Shown one piece after another: positions 13,207 through 26,600 of a DNA stretch of 64,000 nucleotides; position 1 is the first letter of the stretch; each line of letters opens with the position of its first letter. A program made the translations under genes and the position numbers. The DNA comes from Strigamia acuminata (taxonomy: Eukaryota), in the NCBI GenBank assembly GCA_949358305.1, contig OX442314.1, forward strand, positions 18,848,001 through 18,912,000, read 5' to 3'. A model generated the notes under the pieces. The model ran no database searches and was not told where the DNA came from. It saw only the letters and a list, made by a program, of their open reading frames with translations.

Positions 13207-13278
13207 TCCTCGATAGTATAGTGGTTAGTATCCCCGCCTGTCACGCGGGAGACCAGGGTTCGATTCCCTGTCGGGGAG
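13207..13278 (+). tRNA. trnD-GTC: tRNA-Asp (GTC)
   Basis: Identical to 4429-4500; T-run terminator. Confidence 0.95.
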
Positions 13279-13471
13279 AATGTTTTTTTTTTTGTGAATT
13301 TCTGCTTTTAAATTTATAGGTTATGCCAGTTGGAAACGAAATTTACTACAAATAAGATAAACAATACTTCATTTGCCCTGTTTGCCCGAGTTTCACTACC
13401 GACAGACCGTAAATTTAGTGTTGATATAAGAATATTGCTGTTAATTACAAAGGGATTTCTGACGGTACATT

Positions 13472-13743
13472 TTACTTTTTAAATATAAATATTCCGTGAT
13501 TTCCTAAGGTGACACTTTTCTGGAATTGAGCTCGAGCGATTTCTGTAAAGGATTTTGCATCTAAAAATATCACCACGGAATTATTTTTTCCAGCTTACGT
13601 TGCAACGGAAATAACAATTCCTAATTTGAAAAAAATAATACGAAATTTTTTAAAAATAATTAATATTTTAGTCGAAAATGGGAAAACATTTACCATCATC
13701 TTCATCAGTTGCTTCAGGATTGGCTACAAATAATGGTTCGCCA
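13472..13743 (-). pseudogene. 5'-truncated carotenoid oxygenase fragment (last exon plus 50 nt of the penultimate exon)
   Basis: 13472-13620 nearly identical to 7288-7436; 13694-13743 encodes GEPLFVANPEATDEDD and then breaks into sequence matching 5221-5350. Confidence 0.85.
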
Positions 13744-14592
13744 TGATTTTAGTAATCTAATAGCGTCACAAATAAAACCCAAACACGGCTCTCTGGGAAA
13801 TATTTTTATATTACAAAGTCTTAATAAAATAATTACGGTACCGGTAAAGAAAAATTAAAAAAAAAAAAGTTATTAAGATTTCAAACCAGTTTGTGACTTT
13901 TGGCCCACCCTGTACAGGAGCAGTTTTATACCCACTTAAAAATACCATATTTTTAAGATACACCCATCTTTAAAATTCAGTGATTCAAAAAATGGTTAAA
14001 AATTTAATTTTTGAATTAATTTAATTGCAGAAAATTTAAGTCAAGAATGTTGATTAAACAGATAAAAGAATCCATTTTGAGATGTCCAACAAGTCGGCAA
14101 CATTTCCTCTTCTTGAACAACCGTACTGTACCTCGTTAATTTAATGAAATTGATAACTACCCAAATCAAAGGAAAGTGGGATTAAAGCTTTTGGAGGGCC
14201 CACAGAACATCGGACAAGGGGGCCCATGAACCAGGAGCGGATTTATAGGTTCTGGCAGCTGTGGGTTTAAGGGGTTTGTCTCTTCATTCCAAAACAGTAA
14301 TTTTTGCTCAAGAATAAATTTCAAAAAAAAAATATGTTGGATAATTTTCTTCAATTAGGGTCCCAAAAAATGGTCTGCGAGAAGGACCCCCAGCCCAAAC
14401 CAGAAATCCGTTTTTGCCAAGAATATTCAGAAACGACTTTCGTACAACATTTTCAAGTGACAAAAGTGCATTTGCAGGTGGAAAAATGTATTTTTATGAG
14501 AAATAAATTCATTATTCATTTGTTACCTGAAGTTATTAATAATTTTTTTTTTAAAAAATTAAAATTAAAATTTAAGCAACGAGTATTCTTAC

Positions 14593-15043
14593 ATTGGTTG
14601 AGTTTTTAAAGATTTCATCATTTGCTAGAGTATTAGAGCTTCTTAAAATTTTATTTCCACTTCTTCCTCTTAAACGATTTCCACGAGCGGTAGCTTCAGC
14701 AATCTAAAAAATATTCAATATTAATTTTAAAAAAATAATTAAAATTTTTTTTTACCTTAGCTTCTGATGACCATGGAAATATTGAAGGGACTGCATTACG
14801 CTTCAAATAGGTTCTTTTAGAATGCAAAAGAGGCCTGAAATCACTTTTTTGAAAGTGAACTGAACAGACTCTGCTTGTTGCTGTTAATTTAAATTTAGGA
14901 CCTAAATCACGTCTGATTTTTACAATCCATTCTTTTTTCACAGCTATATCACTTGGAAAAGCATGCCAAGTTACCCCAATCGGCGGTTTCCTACCATTAT
15001 TAAAACAATGCGGAACAGCACACGAAACACGCGAAATTGGCAT
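14593..15043 (-). CDS. THAP-domain (C2CH zinc finger) protein, probably a truncated transposon-derived gene
   Basis: ATG 15043: MPISRVSCAVPHC...HAFP...EW...VCSVHF...LKRNAVPSIF; donor after 14756; in-frame second exon 14703-14593; no convincing continuation found. Confidence 0.7.
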
Positions 15044-15860
15044 AGTAAATAGGCTTACGACGCCACCTTCTGTCACTGTACGACAGTATTAAGTTTGCTC
15101 ACCAGATGGCGCTGCAGTATCGCGGATCTTGTCTATTTGCATGTTTGGAAGAAAATGAAGTCGGGTCAAGAGTAAAACTACACCACATAGTTGCAATAAT
15201 CACCACTAGAGTGGGTTTGGTGATTTCTGGCTTCCTGCTCTGCTCTGTTCTACTGCTGCCATGTTTTGTAAGCGTGGAGCACGGTGGCGTGGAGTAAGAT
15301 TAAAGTTTGTAAAGTGTATGGTATTACTCAAATTTTGTTATTTTAACATTGAATTCATTTTGTTGTGTGCTGTATTTAGGTCTTTAAAATGATCTTCAAA
15401 CAAGAGAAGTGAAAACTTGGCGAAATGCCGAAGAAAGAATTATTGCTCTCTTATGCCTAATTCAACCGGCTTTGAAGAAGACGGGAATGATGCTTTGTTT
15501 GGAGCGTGATGTAAGTAATTTGTTATCTTTTTTTTGTTTTAAGTTTTGTACGAATAATTATTGTAACCGCTAGTGATGTTAGGCCTACTTACCGTAGCTT
15601 TCTCGTATTTCTGGAGGCAAAAAAACATGACAAGGCTGGAAAAGGTTGAAATTCCCGACTCTAAAGTTCTTCTAATTTATCGTATCTACGTTGGGTATAA
15701 CCATCAAATAAAACACCAACACGGCTCTCTGAAAAATGTTTTTTATTTTTTTGCATTTTCCAAAATTGTTTTATCCGTTGCAATACCGACAGACCGTAAG
15801 TTTAGTGTTGATATAAAAATGATGCTCTTAATTACGAATGGCTTTGTTTGAGTGTACATT

Positions 15861-18800
15861 TTACTTTTTAAATACAAACATTCCGTGGTTTCCTACGGTG
15901 ACACTATTCTCGAATTGAGCTCGAGCAATTTCTGTAAAGGATTTTGCATCTAAAAATATCATCACGGAATTATTTTTTCCAGCTTCTGTTACAACGGAAA
16001 TAACAATTCCTGATTTGAAAAAATGATAAATTTTTTTTTAAAATAATTAATATATTAGTCGAGAATGGGAAAACATTTACCATCATCTTCATCTTTTGCT
16101 TCAGGATTGGCAACAAATAATGGTACGCCAACAAAATGAGCGTCATTAGTGCTTTTCCAAGTTTTTACTTGTTTTGTTTCAAGGTCTAGTTTGTGTAACT
16201 GAAACGGAACATAAATAGATACAGCAATATAGAATATCGTGAGTAATGTGTGAACATTACTTCTTTTCGAAACAAGCCGATCGAATACAAAAATCTGTAT
16301 TTCTGACCAATTAATTTTTCATTGAATCGAGCAAAATCCATTGGTATTTCGAAAAGAGTTTCCGGTGTTAGTAGAATGTTCTCACTTCGAAGTTTAATCG
16401 CAGTTGCTGTTGTACAACTCAATTTGACAAGATTTTCTTCAGTTTTAGCTTTCTAGTAAAAAAAAAAATTATTTTAATAGACCTAGAATAAAAACGTGAT
16501 TAGGGCATCTAATCTCTGAGTGTTTTTTTCGGAACTGTGATTTTGGTGGTAATAGATGTTTTCGGGCCCGATGGGACTAAAATAGGGACAAACAACAGTT
16601 TCTCGACCACTTTTAAACCTTAAAAACTGGCCCATATTTCTTAAACGGTGACGTATGCAAATTGCAAGCTCGCCAATAGTTTTTTTTAGGTCATTTCTTA
16701 ACGTTTGAGCACTTTTCTAAAACAAATTATTAGCACTGAGATCTTGGTATTCAGATGATCCTGGTTTTGGGATTTCGATAGCAAAAAATTCTCGGGATTG
16801 GATGCCCTACAAGTGATATTGCTCACCTGAAGGTGTTTAACAGGCAGTACAAATCTTTTAAGTGTTCCGGGATTATTTATATAAACTTCAGTATTTCTTA
16901 GTTTGCACAATGTTAGATCATTAATGTAGTCAGAATTTTTGTATGTAATAATATCAGTGATTAAATATCCATCCTCTTCGTACGCATTTACAATGAACGT
17001 ATAACAAAATGCTTCGGCTATAAATTTTGTTTTAACATCATTGCTCGTTGAACGATCCATCACTCTGAATTTAGTCTGCAAATAAAATGCAAGCAAACCA
17101 TTAGTTGCATTAGAAAAATCATTTAACATTTTTAAACAATTGGTTAAACTCTATATTTTGTATGTGAGTTCGGTATCTTTGATTAACTTAAAAAATGGTC
17201 GCTGATTTGGTTTGCTTTCAGCCGCAGTGGGCATTTGCACAGCATTTGAGCAACAAAATACTTAACTGCAATTCTGAACATGCTTTATATGATATTTAAA
17301 TTTATTGCCGTAAATGGTTGTCTAAAGTATGCTAGTCGTTAGAATTATAATTTCGAAAATTTAAAATATCTTGAACCTCATTTTCCTGTTTCCACTGCAT
17401 GCAATCCAGAAGTGTTTTTCCTTTTATTTGTCCAGCGATAAATGAGAATACATTAAATATGTACGGCTGTTCTACAACGACAAAATAATTTTCACTCATT
17501 CCAAAGCAGGGAGTGTTAGACGTTGAAGTCATCGATGTTGGTGGCATTGTCGCAACAACTTTGACATGTTTTATGAGATCAAAAGCTTTAACATTATCTG
17601 AAAGAGTTAATTAATGCAACTTGAGCCAATTTTTTTTGTCAATTTTATTTGAAAAACATTTACCTGCAAAATTATCAGATTTACTCTGTGGAGGCGCTGG
17701 AAATTGAATTATTTGGGGTTTCAACATACCATGTTTTGAAGCAATGGTGAAATTGAAAATGGCTCCAGTACTGTCCTGAAGATACGATGTCGAATTTAAG
17801 ACAATATCACACTTGCTCAAGTCGATTTTAGCAACCGACTGCAAGATGTCTGGATTGATTCGATGTAAGGCAAAACCTCCGTTATTAGCATATATTTGGT
17901 CACGATAAGAAAATATATATATAGCGTTGTTGTCTGTTAAGTCAGTTGGAATAATACCGGAAACAAATCTGCAAATTGAAGTACAGTGAACTAACTTCTT
18001 CGGAATAGGGCTGTGACCTCCGATCACTCTTTCCGGATCGCCCTTCGGTCCGATCGCGACGTCACACCGATGCTCTCGCCATTATGCTGGGCGCACACAT
18101 ACCGCGATTTCGCAAGCGAAATTGCCCTGTGAATTGCGCGCAATGCTACACACATGTACCTATTTCAGCTCTGCGAATTCAATCTTATGACGTCATTCCT
18201 CATCCGAAAAATGGCTCCTACACTACACAGCAACCGAAAATGTTGATGAAATGACGTCATTTTGTAAGCTCACGGGATTGGCTGCGACATGAATCGCGGG
18301 CGAAATGGTACTTGTCCCAAGTACTATTTTCAGAAGTAGATTTCCAACCGACGCGAACGAAATGACGTCATCTGCGCATGCGCAATGGAAACGTGATTGC
18401 GACGCGACGCGAAATCGCGGTATGTGTGCGCCCAGCATTAACTAATCACATTATCGCTTTACCGTATTTGAAAGTATTTAAATTAATCGCTTTGTGAAAT
18501 AAATTCAGTCTACTTATACTATGTTTACATGCACGGAATATTTCGAGTGAGATGAAATATTCCATGTCCACAACTGTCATGTAAACAGGATTATTCGGAT
18601 TATGCGAGGATTATTCGAGTAGTGAATAATCCCTCGCAGAAGGTTGTTTAATTCGAGTGAACTCGAATTATTTTTATTGGGCATGCACGCATTGCTTCCG
18701 GCACTTTTCCTTTGGTCGAAAACTGAAAATGATGACGAATTATTTTCTGCATGTAAACACAACAATTAGATTTTTGCACCACTCTAATTATTCACTACTC

Positions 18801-20809
18801 GAAATATTCGGTGCATGTAAACATAGTATTAGGTACATTCTACCTAACGCTTTGTTCCTCTACTCACAAGGGCATACCGAGTACCAGACTTGGTACCCCC
18901 CTAGACTGGGCTTAACAATGAGACCTGAACCTTTTTAATGTTAGGTTTTACAAAAAATTCCTTCTAGAGCTGGCAGCTGACACCAATCCCTGACCCATGA
19001 TTCTAGGTCCATAATTGCCACACCCCATTGAATGCACCATATTTTATGGAGACTCCTTCTAGACTAATAAAAGTCTAGATAAAAAACACTAGATGCATTC
19101 GAAAAGTCATTTACAATACTTTGTTCACCAACATGACTGCCTGCACGAAGACAATAATAGTTTGTAGTGGTGGTCCAGTGGTTAAGGCAATGGACTACCG
19201 TCTTCCCCCGAACATAACGTCATGACGTTATATTCAAGTTTTTTCGAAAATCGCTGTTTTCGAAAGTTTTAGCGATTTTTCGAATATAACGTCACTTCCA
19301 ATATAACGTCATGACGTTGTATTCGAATACAACGTCATGACGTTATATTCGAGTGCATTGACGGGTGCGATGCCGGGAAGCATTGCAGGTGCGCTTTTAA
19401 CGGGCGCAATGCCGAAAAAACGAATTCGACACGAATTTTGACAAGAATTGGACACGAATTGGATACGAATTAAACACAAATTATCAGGGCCGTGTCGACC
19501 TATGAGGCGAAGAGGCGGCCGCCAGGTGGCCATGCCGTGGTATGTAAATTTACCAAGGCATGGCCACCTGGCGGCCGCCTCTTCGCCTCATAGGTCGGCA
19601 CGGCCCTGCCGAATTGGACACGAATTATAACACGAATTGGACACGAATTGTAAAACAAATTGTACACGAATTTGACACGTATTCTAAAACAAATTTGGCA
19701 CGAATTGTCCAATTTACATGCTCAATTTCTGATTTTTCTGATTTTTCAAAAGTTGCATGAAAAAGTACGAATATAACGTCATGACGTAGTGTTCGAATAA
19801 AACGTCAGGTGTCGTTGTATTCGAACACAACGTCATGACGTTATGTTCGGGGGAAGACGGTAGGAATCTTAATCTTTTCACACAGGTTCAAATCCTGGTG
19901 TGTGTGAAAATTTTTACTTTTATTTTTTATTTATTTTTAGCAGTAATTTTAATGTTTGTAATTTTATATTTGTTTTCAGAAAATTTTAATTAAATTAATT
20001 TTAATTTTTAGACTGGTCTAGAGGGAATACACTGAAATGAATTATTAAGACTACCTATACTCAAAACCACTCCAACGTTGATCTATTTCACTGGTGTAGT
20101 GGCACAAAAAAGTAGTCCAAAACACCAGAATTGTAATCGAACTCCAGACATTGTGCTCGATTACCAACATTTGTCATAGGTGATGCTTTGACACAGAACT
20201 ACTTTTCCACGTAGTAGAACACAGTACAAAGTTAGGCGTAAACAGGCTAAATAGATCAACGTTGGGGTGGTTTTGAGTATAGTTGATTAATTTTAATATA
20301 TTTATTTTAAAATTAGTCTTTGTTACCTAGAAAGAAAATTTTTATTTGGATTTGGAAATTGTCTAGTTCCAAACTCTGCATGTGTGGGTTTTCCAAATTC
20401 CATTGCTTCCTTATAGGCATCTGAATTTAAATATTTGGATCTGTGGCGAATCTTATGCGAATTGAAAAAATTGTTAATGAATATTTCGAAAGTAGTGCTC
20501 AGTGCTTACTTTGTTATTTTCAATTTCGTATTGAAATATAATACAGTAACCGTCATACAAGTGATTCATTTGGAAACCGCCTGGTAATGTGAATTTGCCA
20601 TTTCCTACTTTGTAGTATGTTCCAGTTAACCAATTCGGTAAAGTTCCTTCAACAAACAGTGAATTTGAAGTTAAAAATAGGGTTTTAGATTCAATTGATT
20701 TTTTTAGGTATGTTATAGATTTTTAGGATTTTCTATTACCAGATACAGAAACTTCTTGTTGAATTGGCGTTTCTTCAATATTGTTGAGAAATAGATCTTT
20801 TACGGACAT
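15861..20809 (-). CDS. Carotenoid oxygenase paralog 3 (521 aa, 9 exons; three of four Fe-ligand His substituted)
   Basis: Exons 20809-20740, 20646-20510, 20451-20327, 17968-17664, 17597-17377, 17075-16827, 16452-16261, 16198-16081, 16009-15861; total 1566 nt, canonical GT-AG, no in-frame stop seen. Confidence 0.9.
18085..18437. mobile_element. PIF/Harbinger-like MITE
   Basis: TIRs tgctgggcgcacacataccgcgatttcgc / inverse; TTA TSD. Confidence 0.8.
18517..18828. mobile_element. PIF/Harbinger-like MITE
   Basis: TIRs tactatgtttacatgcacggaatatttcgagt / near-perfect inverse; TTA TSD. Confidence 0.8.
19164..19906 (+). pseudogene. tRNA-Ser-like pseudogene/repeat split by a MITE
   Basis: GTAGTGGTGGTCCAGTGGTTAAGGCAATGGACTA [MITE] GGAATC...CAGGTTCAAATCCTG; A and B boxes present, acceptor stem does not pair; related copy at 39913-39984. 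Confidence 0.6.
19198..19860. mobile_element. Second copy of the 6119-6814 MITE
   Basis: Same TIRs (ccgtcttcccccgaac...), TA TSD, same nested palindrome. Confidence 0.85.
20058..20279. mobile_element. MITE with TA TSD in intron 3 of paralog 3
   Basis: TIRs tactcaaaaccactccaacgttgatctattt / near-perfect inverse; empty site agactacatagttg near 1720 in paralog 1. Confidence 0.8.
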
Positions 20810-21828
20810 GTTTTGTGTAATTGGTTGGTGAAACAATTCTGGTTTGAAACTTGCAAAGTAATTTCCATGTAGTGTACATACAGTATTTGAAAAGAAGTTT
20901 CCACAATTGGAATGGGGGACGAAACTTCCGATTAAGATAAAATTTATATTTTGCAAGTTGTTATATTGAAATTTTTTGAAAAGGTATAATTTATGTTTGT
21001 CTGGTTTTGAGAGTTAATCATTGAGTGAGTTTTGCCAAACATATTTTATATTGTTTTATTTGTTTCAGCATGTGGTTTTAGATAAGCATTTTTTTTTTTT
21101 TTTTTGGGGGGGGGGGGGGGGGTTTGGGGAGGCTGCTACGAACCAATTTACTGCTTCTCGATTTTCTTCTGCTGCATCTAAACGCGAAAACAGAAACGAA
21201 CTGTAAAATGTGCGGCTCACCATCGTTTCTTCAGGAGTTTTGTGAATTTTTGCTGTCAGGTTTATGGTTTATGCTGGTTGGAAATTTACTACAAAGAAAA
21301 TTAGTGTAACAATACTTGAAGTCTGAGGGAAAGATTTAGATGATTATGTTAATAGACCTTTGGAAAAATGAGGTCAGGTGATAAGATCATCTGATCATAA
21401 CAATGCTGCAACTGGTGGGGGGGGGGGGGGCAAATGGTCAAACTTTAGCATTAGTTTTCATGAATTTCTTACTAATTTGTTCGTTTTGTATTATATTACC
21501 AAGAAAAATTAAGAAAATGATCAATACATGGTGGCTAATTTGCAAGAAAAATAACAATGTTCTGAATTTTGTTTAAAGGTCTTGCAATATTGACAAAACA
21601 ACTTTTATTTCCTTATTCCAAATGGAATAACAACCTGATATTTACAATTTGAAATTTTTTAGATAAATACAGATAACTTACACTATATACTTGTAAAATT
21701 AATTTTTTTAGGTAACTATTGTACTTTTAAGTGAGAATTGAATATTTCAGGTAAAAATTGCAATTTGGCATGGAACTTACATTACATTTTGACAAAAATT
21801 GCAAGTTTTTAACCTAAAAATTGCACTC

Positions 21829-22200
21829 TTTGACCCAAAGATAGCATTCTTTGACCCAAAGATAGCATTCTTTGACCCAAAGATAGCATTCTTTGACTTA
21901 AAGATAGCATTCTTTGACCCAAAGATAGCATTCTTTGACCCAAAGATAGCATTCTTTGATCCAAAGATAGCATTCTTTGACCCAAAAATAGCATTTTTTG
22001 ACTCAAAAATTACATTTTTTCACACAAAATTGCATTTTTTCACACAAAATTGCATTTTTTCACACAAAATTGCATTTTTTCACACAAAATTGCATTTTTT
22101 CACACAAAATTGCATTTTTTCACACAAATTTGCATTTTTTTCACACAAAATTGCATTTTTTCACACAAAATTGCATTTTTTTACACGAAAATTGCACTTT
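21829..22200. repeat. Compound minisatellite: ~8 x 21 bp (tttgacccaaagatagcattc) grading into ~9 x 20 bp (cacacaaaattgcatttttt)
   Basis: Head-to-tail tandem units without spacers. Confidence 0.9.
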
Positions 22201-23631
22201 TCCTGCATTTTCCTGTATTTTAAAACAATTGTTGCCCTCCCCCCTCTATGAGAAAAACCATGCACAATGCAATTGCAAAATACATCACATTATTGTGGGC
22301 GGAGCCAAAGGGCATTACATCATGATTTTACAAAGATCTGTATCAAAAACAAACAAAAAACATAAACATCTATAAAACTTGTAACTCAATTCTTTGAATG
22401 CAGCTAACTTATAAGTGTCTTTTGTTTTTTTTTACTTGTTTTTTTTTTCAAAGTTTTTTTTTCTGGACTGAAACCACTGTGTAAAAAGAGAATTGGGTGT
22501 ACTGGTATTGCATTTGCCTTTTTGCTCTGTTGCCATGTTGCCACGCTTATTGCTTTTGTTGCTAATGTTGTAAATGGAGAGACAGCTGTTTTTATAGTTT
22601 AACCATACTGGAATAAGCTTTGTTATAAATTTGCACACACACTGCCTACTGATTTGAAAACAACGTAATCGATTTTTATTTTTTTATATTTTTTTTTTGT
22701 AGCAGCCTGTAAGGTCATTTAGACAAAACAGCATTTTTATTTTCGATTTAATTAGACTACCGTACCGATTCCAATCAACGCCGGGGCGGTTGTTTATTCT
22801 TCGGACCCGACTTCCTGGGCGCCTATTTGAGTCCAGGGAGTTTATTTGATTTTTCAAACAGATTAAATCTATTGTAAAAATTATTGATTTTTAAAGTAAA
22901 TTACTGATTAAATCAGTGATTTATTTTTAAAAAAGCATCAGTTTTAAAAAAAAATCGAATATTTTTCTGAGGCCCGGCGTTTATTTTGACCCGGCGCCAA
23001 TTTGAAGCGGCATGGAATTGTTATTTATTAATTTTATTTCATTTCTACAAATCCGCGTAAATTTATGGTAGATTTAGACTCGGCAAGCACGCGCAACTTT
23101 TTTTTTAAAAAAAATTATTATTATTATTTGTTTTTGTGAATAATAATTATTTTTTTTTGTTTTTGTGAATAATTATTATTGTTTTTTGTTTTTGAGAATA
23201 ATTATTATTGGTGCAAACAATAATAAGACCATCAGCTTAGTTTGTGTAATATTTATTGCTTCAATTTTATAAATTACACCAGTGCTTGCTTTAATACATT
23301 TTCAAGTAAAATTTCTTCAACTGTGTATTTAAAATACCGTATACGTAACTACATTGCGAAGTGATATCGACCTATCGATCTGAAGTGAATTGTCACTGAA
23401 TTGCAATTGGCAACAGAAAATTTTGTCATTTTCGTCCCTTCCAGCAACAGTCAACTGTCGTATAACGTGACTTATACAATAAGTTACAAAATTCGAGATT
23501 CATCTGATCTTATCACTACAAAAAGATGGGGCAAAAGAAGTAGGTGTTATTTTTAAAGCACACGTGATAAATTGTTTGGGTTCTTATCTTTTTCTTACGT
23601 ACATGTGAGTTAAATTATAGGGTTATATTAA

Positions 23632-26600
23632 TTATTTATTTATTAACTTATTTCTTAAATTCTTGAATATAAATGTGCCATGATTTCCCATGTTAATTCC
23701 ACAATCGAATTCAGCTCGAGCAACTTCTGTAAACGATTTTCCATCCAGGAATATCAACATCGATTGCTTTTTTCCAACTTCTGCCACAGCAGAAATAACA
23801 ATTCCTGATTTAATGGCAATAAAAAGATTAATTATAAGTTAAATTTTGACTTCAAACGTCAACGTACCATCGTCTTCTTCGATTCCATCGGGATTTGCGA
23901 CGAAAATAGGTTCCGTGGCGAAATGATTATCATTGCTACTCTTCCATGTTTTAATTTCTTTAGTTTCTAAATCTAATTTGAGTAACTGAAACGATTACAA
24001 AAGATCTGTATTCATGGTATTAGGGTACGCATAATATTTGAAGGGATTTACATGTTTGTGATGTGAATGTTTGAAGAGAACATTTACTGAGTAAGCAAAA
24101 CGATATTTCTTGCCACAAACATTGTGATTGATGTTTATAAAATCATTCATTGGCTCCTCAAAGAGAATTTCTGGACTACATAAGACTACATCTTCACTCA
24201 CTTTAACCGCTGTGGCTTTTGCTGAGCTAAGTGTAGTCAGATTTTCTGTATTATTAGCTTCCTAAAAGTTAAATATGAGAATTTGTTGTTAGGTTTTCTT
24301 GGAAGAGCATCAAGATTCCACTTACTGCGATGTTTTTAATTGGTAATACAAATCGTTGTAACACCCCAGAATCGGCTTTATGAAATTCGTTGTTTTGTAC
24401 ATTGTTTAGCATCAGTATATTAATCGTTTCTCGGCTGTGGTGTGCGATTATGTCAACAATGATATGAGACTCATCTTCGTATGTATTTACAATGTGTTGA
24501 AAACAAAATGATTGGCTAATATAATTGGTTTTAATCACATTGTTTGTAGCCCGGTCGATCACGTGAAATTTAACCTGTGTAAGAATTAGATTTTTGTTAA
24601 AATTATGGGCATTCAGAATCTGTTTTGTGCTTTATATTCCGAATCTAAATTTTTGTAGAAAGGAAACTAAAGTAAAATTTGAGAGCGACCAGACGAATGT
24701 TTTTGAATGCAAATGCACCTGGTCTCTATTTTCCACAATAAATCTAAACCTTTTTTTCTGGATTCCAGTTTATACAGTCCGTTACAGTTTTTCCTTGTAG
24801 TTGTCCAGTTAGAAATGAGAGTATGTTAAGTTTTAACGGTTGCTCTACGATGACGAAATAATTTTTAGTCATTCCAAAAGAATGCGAATGATCGATCAAA
24901 GTGAATGAACTTGGAGACAATGTCGTAAGGAACGTTATATCTTTCTTGGGATTAATGGTTTTACCTGATACAAATAAACGCAGAGTAAAGTTATAGCTTC
25001 GACTCATCTCAAACATGATAATTAGAATTGGAATTAGGACATTAATGCGCTAATATGAAACACAACGAAACTGGAAATTAGTTTTCACCAAAGGCCTTTC
25101 GACCATCGTTTTATTGTTTGATATTTGCGCCATTGATTACTCCAATTCTGATTACGGTAGCTATGATTATTACAATCTATGTATATAGTCACCAGATTTT
25201 TTTGTATTTCTAGGTGTCATCTTAAATAGCCGATTTTTCAACATTCCTTTTTGTATTGTCACACCAACTGTGTATAAGATGCCCGCATCGTCTGTGTGGC
25301 AATGACTAGCAGCTCCTATAATACCGCATTCTTTCAAGTCCACCTAAGGAAATACGCAATCTTTTGTTTAATATTTATCGTATTGCAATATTATCTAAGT
25401 GTTTTACTTTAGCAATTGACTGTAATGACTCAGGATTAATTTGGTGTAAGTAACAATTATCTGCTGTTGCATACAATTGATTATTATATACCATTAGGTT
25501 TATGCCATTGTTATCCGATACATCTGTAGGAATAAGTGCTGCTGTCATTCTGAAGTAGAACATGGAATAATTTTAATTACCACTAATTGTTTATAAACAC
25601 TTGTTGCACATACTAGCTGCATTCAAATTTAAAATAACAATTTTAGTTTAAGTGTATTTTAAGTTTTAACATGGGTTTAAACAGGAAATGATGTCAATTT
25701 TGGTTTAAAATTTAAGTAAAACACAAAATATTTTAGTTTTTGAATGCAGCTACTGTATTTTACGACAAAGAAAGAGGATGGAAAATAATTAGTTATTCAG
25801 ATATTGTTTTGCGTAATAATTTCACTATCATCATATTAGTTGAACTACCTTTTGTTAAACCACCATAAGTTAAACCTAGGACAATTACTGTTGGACTTCT
25901 CATCTGCCATTTTTTTCTGAATCCAAGTTGTCTGTTACAAATGTGAATTATGCATCTGTTGTTGCAATGTTAAACTTTCTTCAGACAAGGGATGGCTTAC
26001 CATGAGTACAGGCATTTACTTATTGTTGGACTTGAATAAATTTGCCATTTGTCTGCAAAATGACTGATATTTTTGGGTCATTTTCGAGTCATTTTGGCCA
26101 CAGTCACAAGACTGAATTGCTTTACTTTCTAATTATTGATTTATGTTAGATGTAAACGTGCCTGGTATTTAGATGTTAAATTTAAACTGAGCATCCCTTT
26201 ATTCGCAGATGATTCTTACCTTACCACCTAATATTAGGCCTTATACTGCTAAAGTATACAACCATAAACACAATACAAAAATTAATTCTCCACAGTATTG
26301 TCACTTTATTTCCTTATTTTTAATGCATGTGATGTAAGTTTGAGTTTGGCATCAAGAGCGAACTGTTGGAATGGTTTTATAAGTGGAGTTTTATGCTTGC
26401 TCTTGAGTTTTGCATAAAATCTCAAGTATATTAAGTTTGCTCTTATTACAGCATACTGGGAAATGCAGTCTTAGCTGGTTTGAAGGGAAAATTGGTGTTT
26501 TATTGGCCTGCAGCAAATGGAGTTTTTGGAAATCTTATTTCGAACAAACTATTTCTAATAGTACTATGATATAATAAATATAATATAATATAATAATACC

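Noticed and set aside
15380..15510. Exon-like plus-strand segment divergent from the THAP gene (possible Myb/MADF partner)
   Set aside because: Splice-like ends, but no start, continuation or convincing domain could be established.
21799..22375. Repetitive ORFs (FDPKIAF)n and CRISPR-like periodicity
   Set aside because: Contiguous minisatellite with no unique spacers; the ORFs are by-products of the repeat unit.
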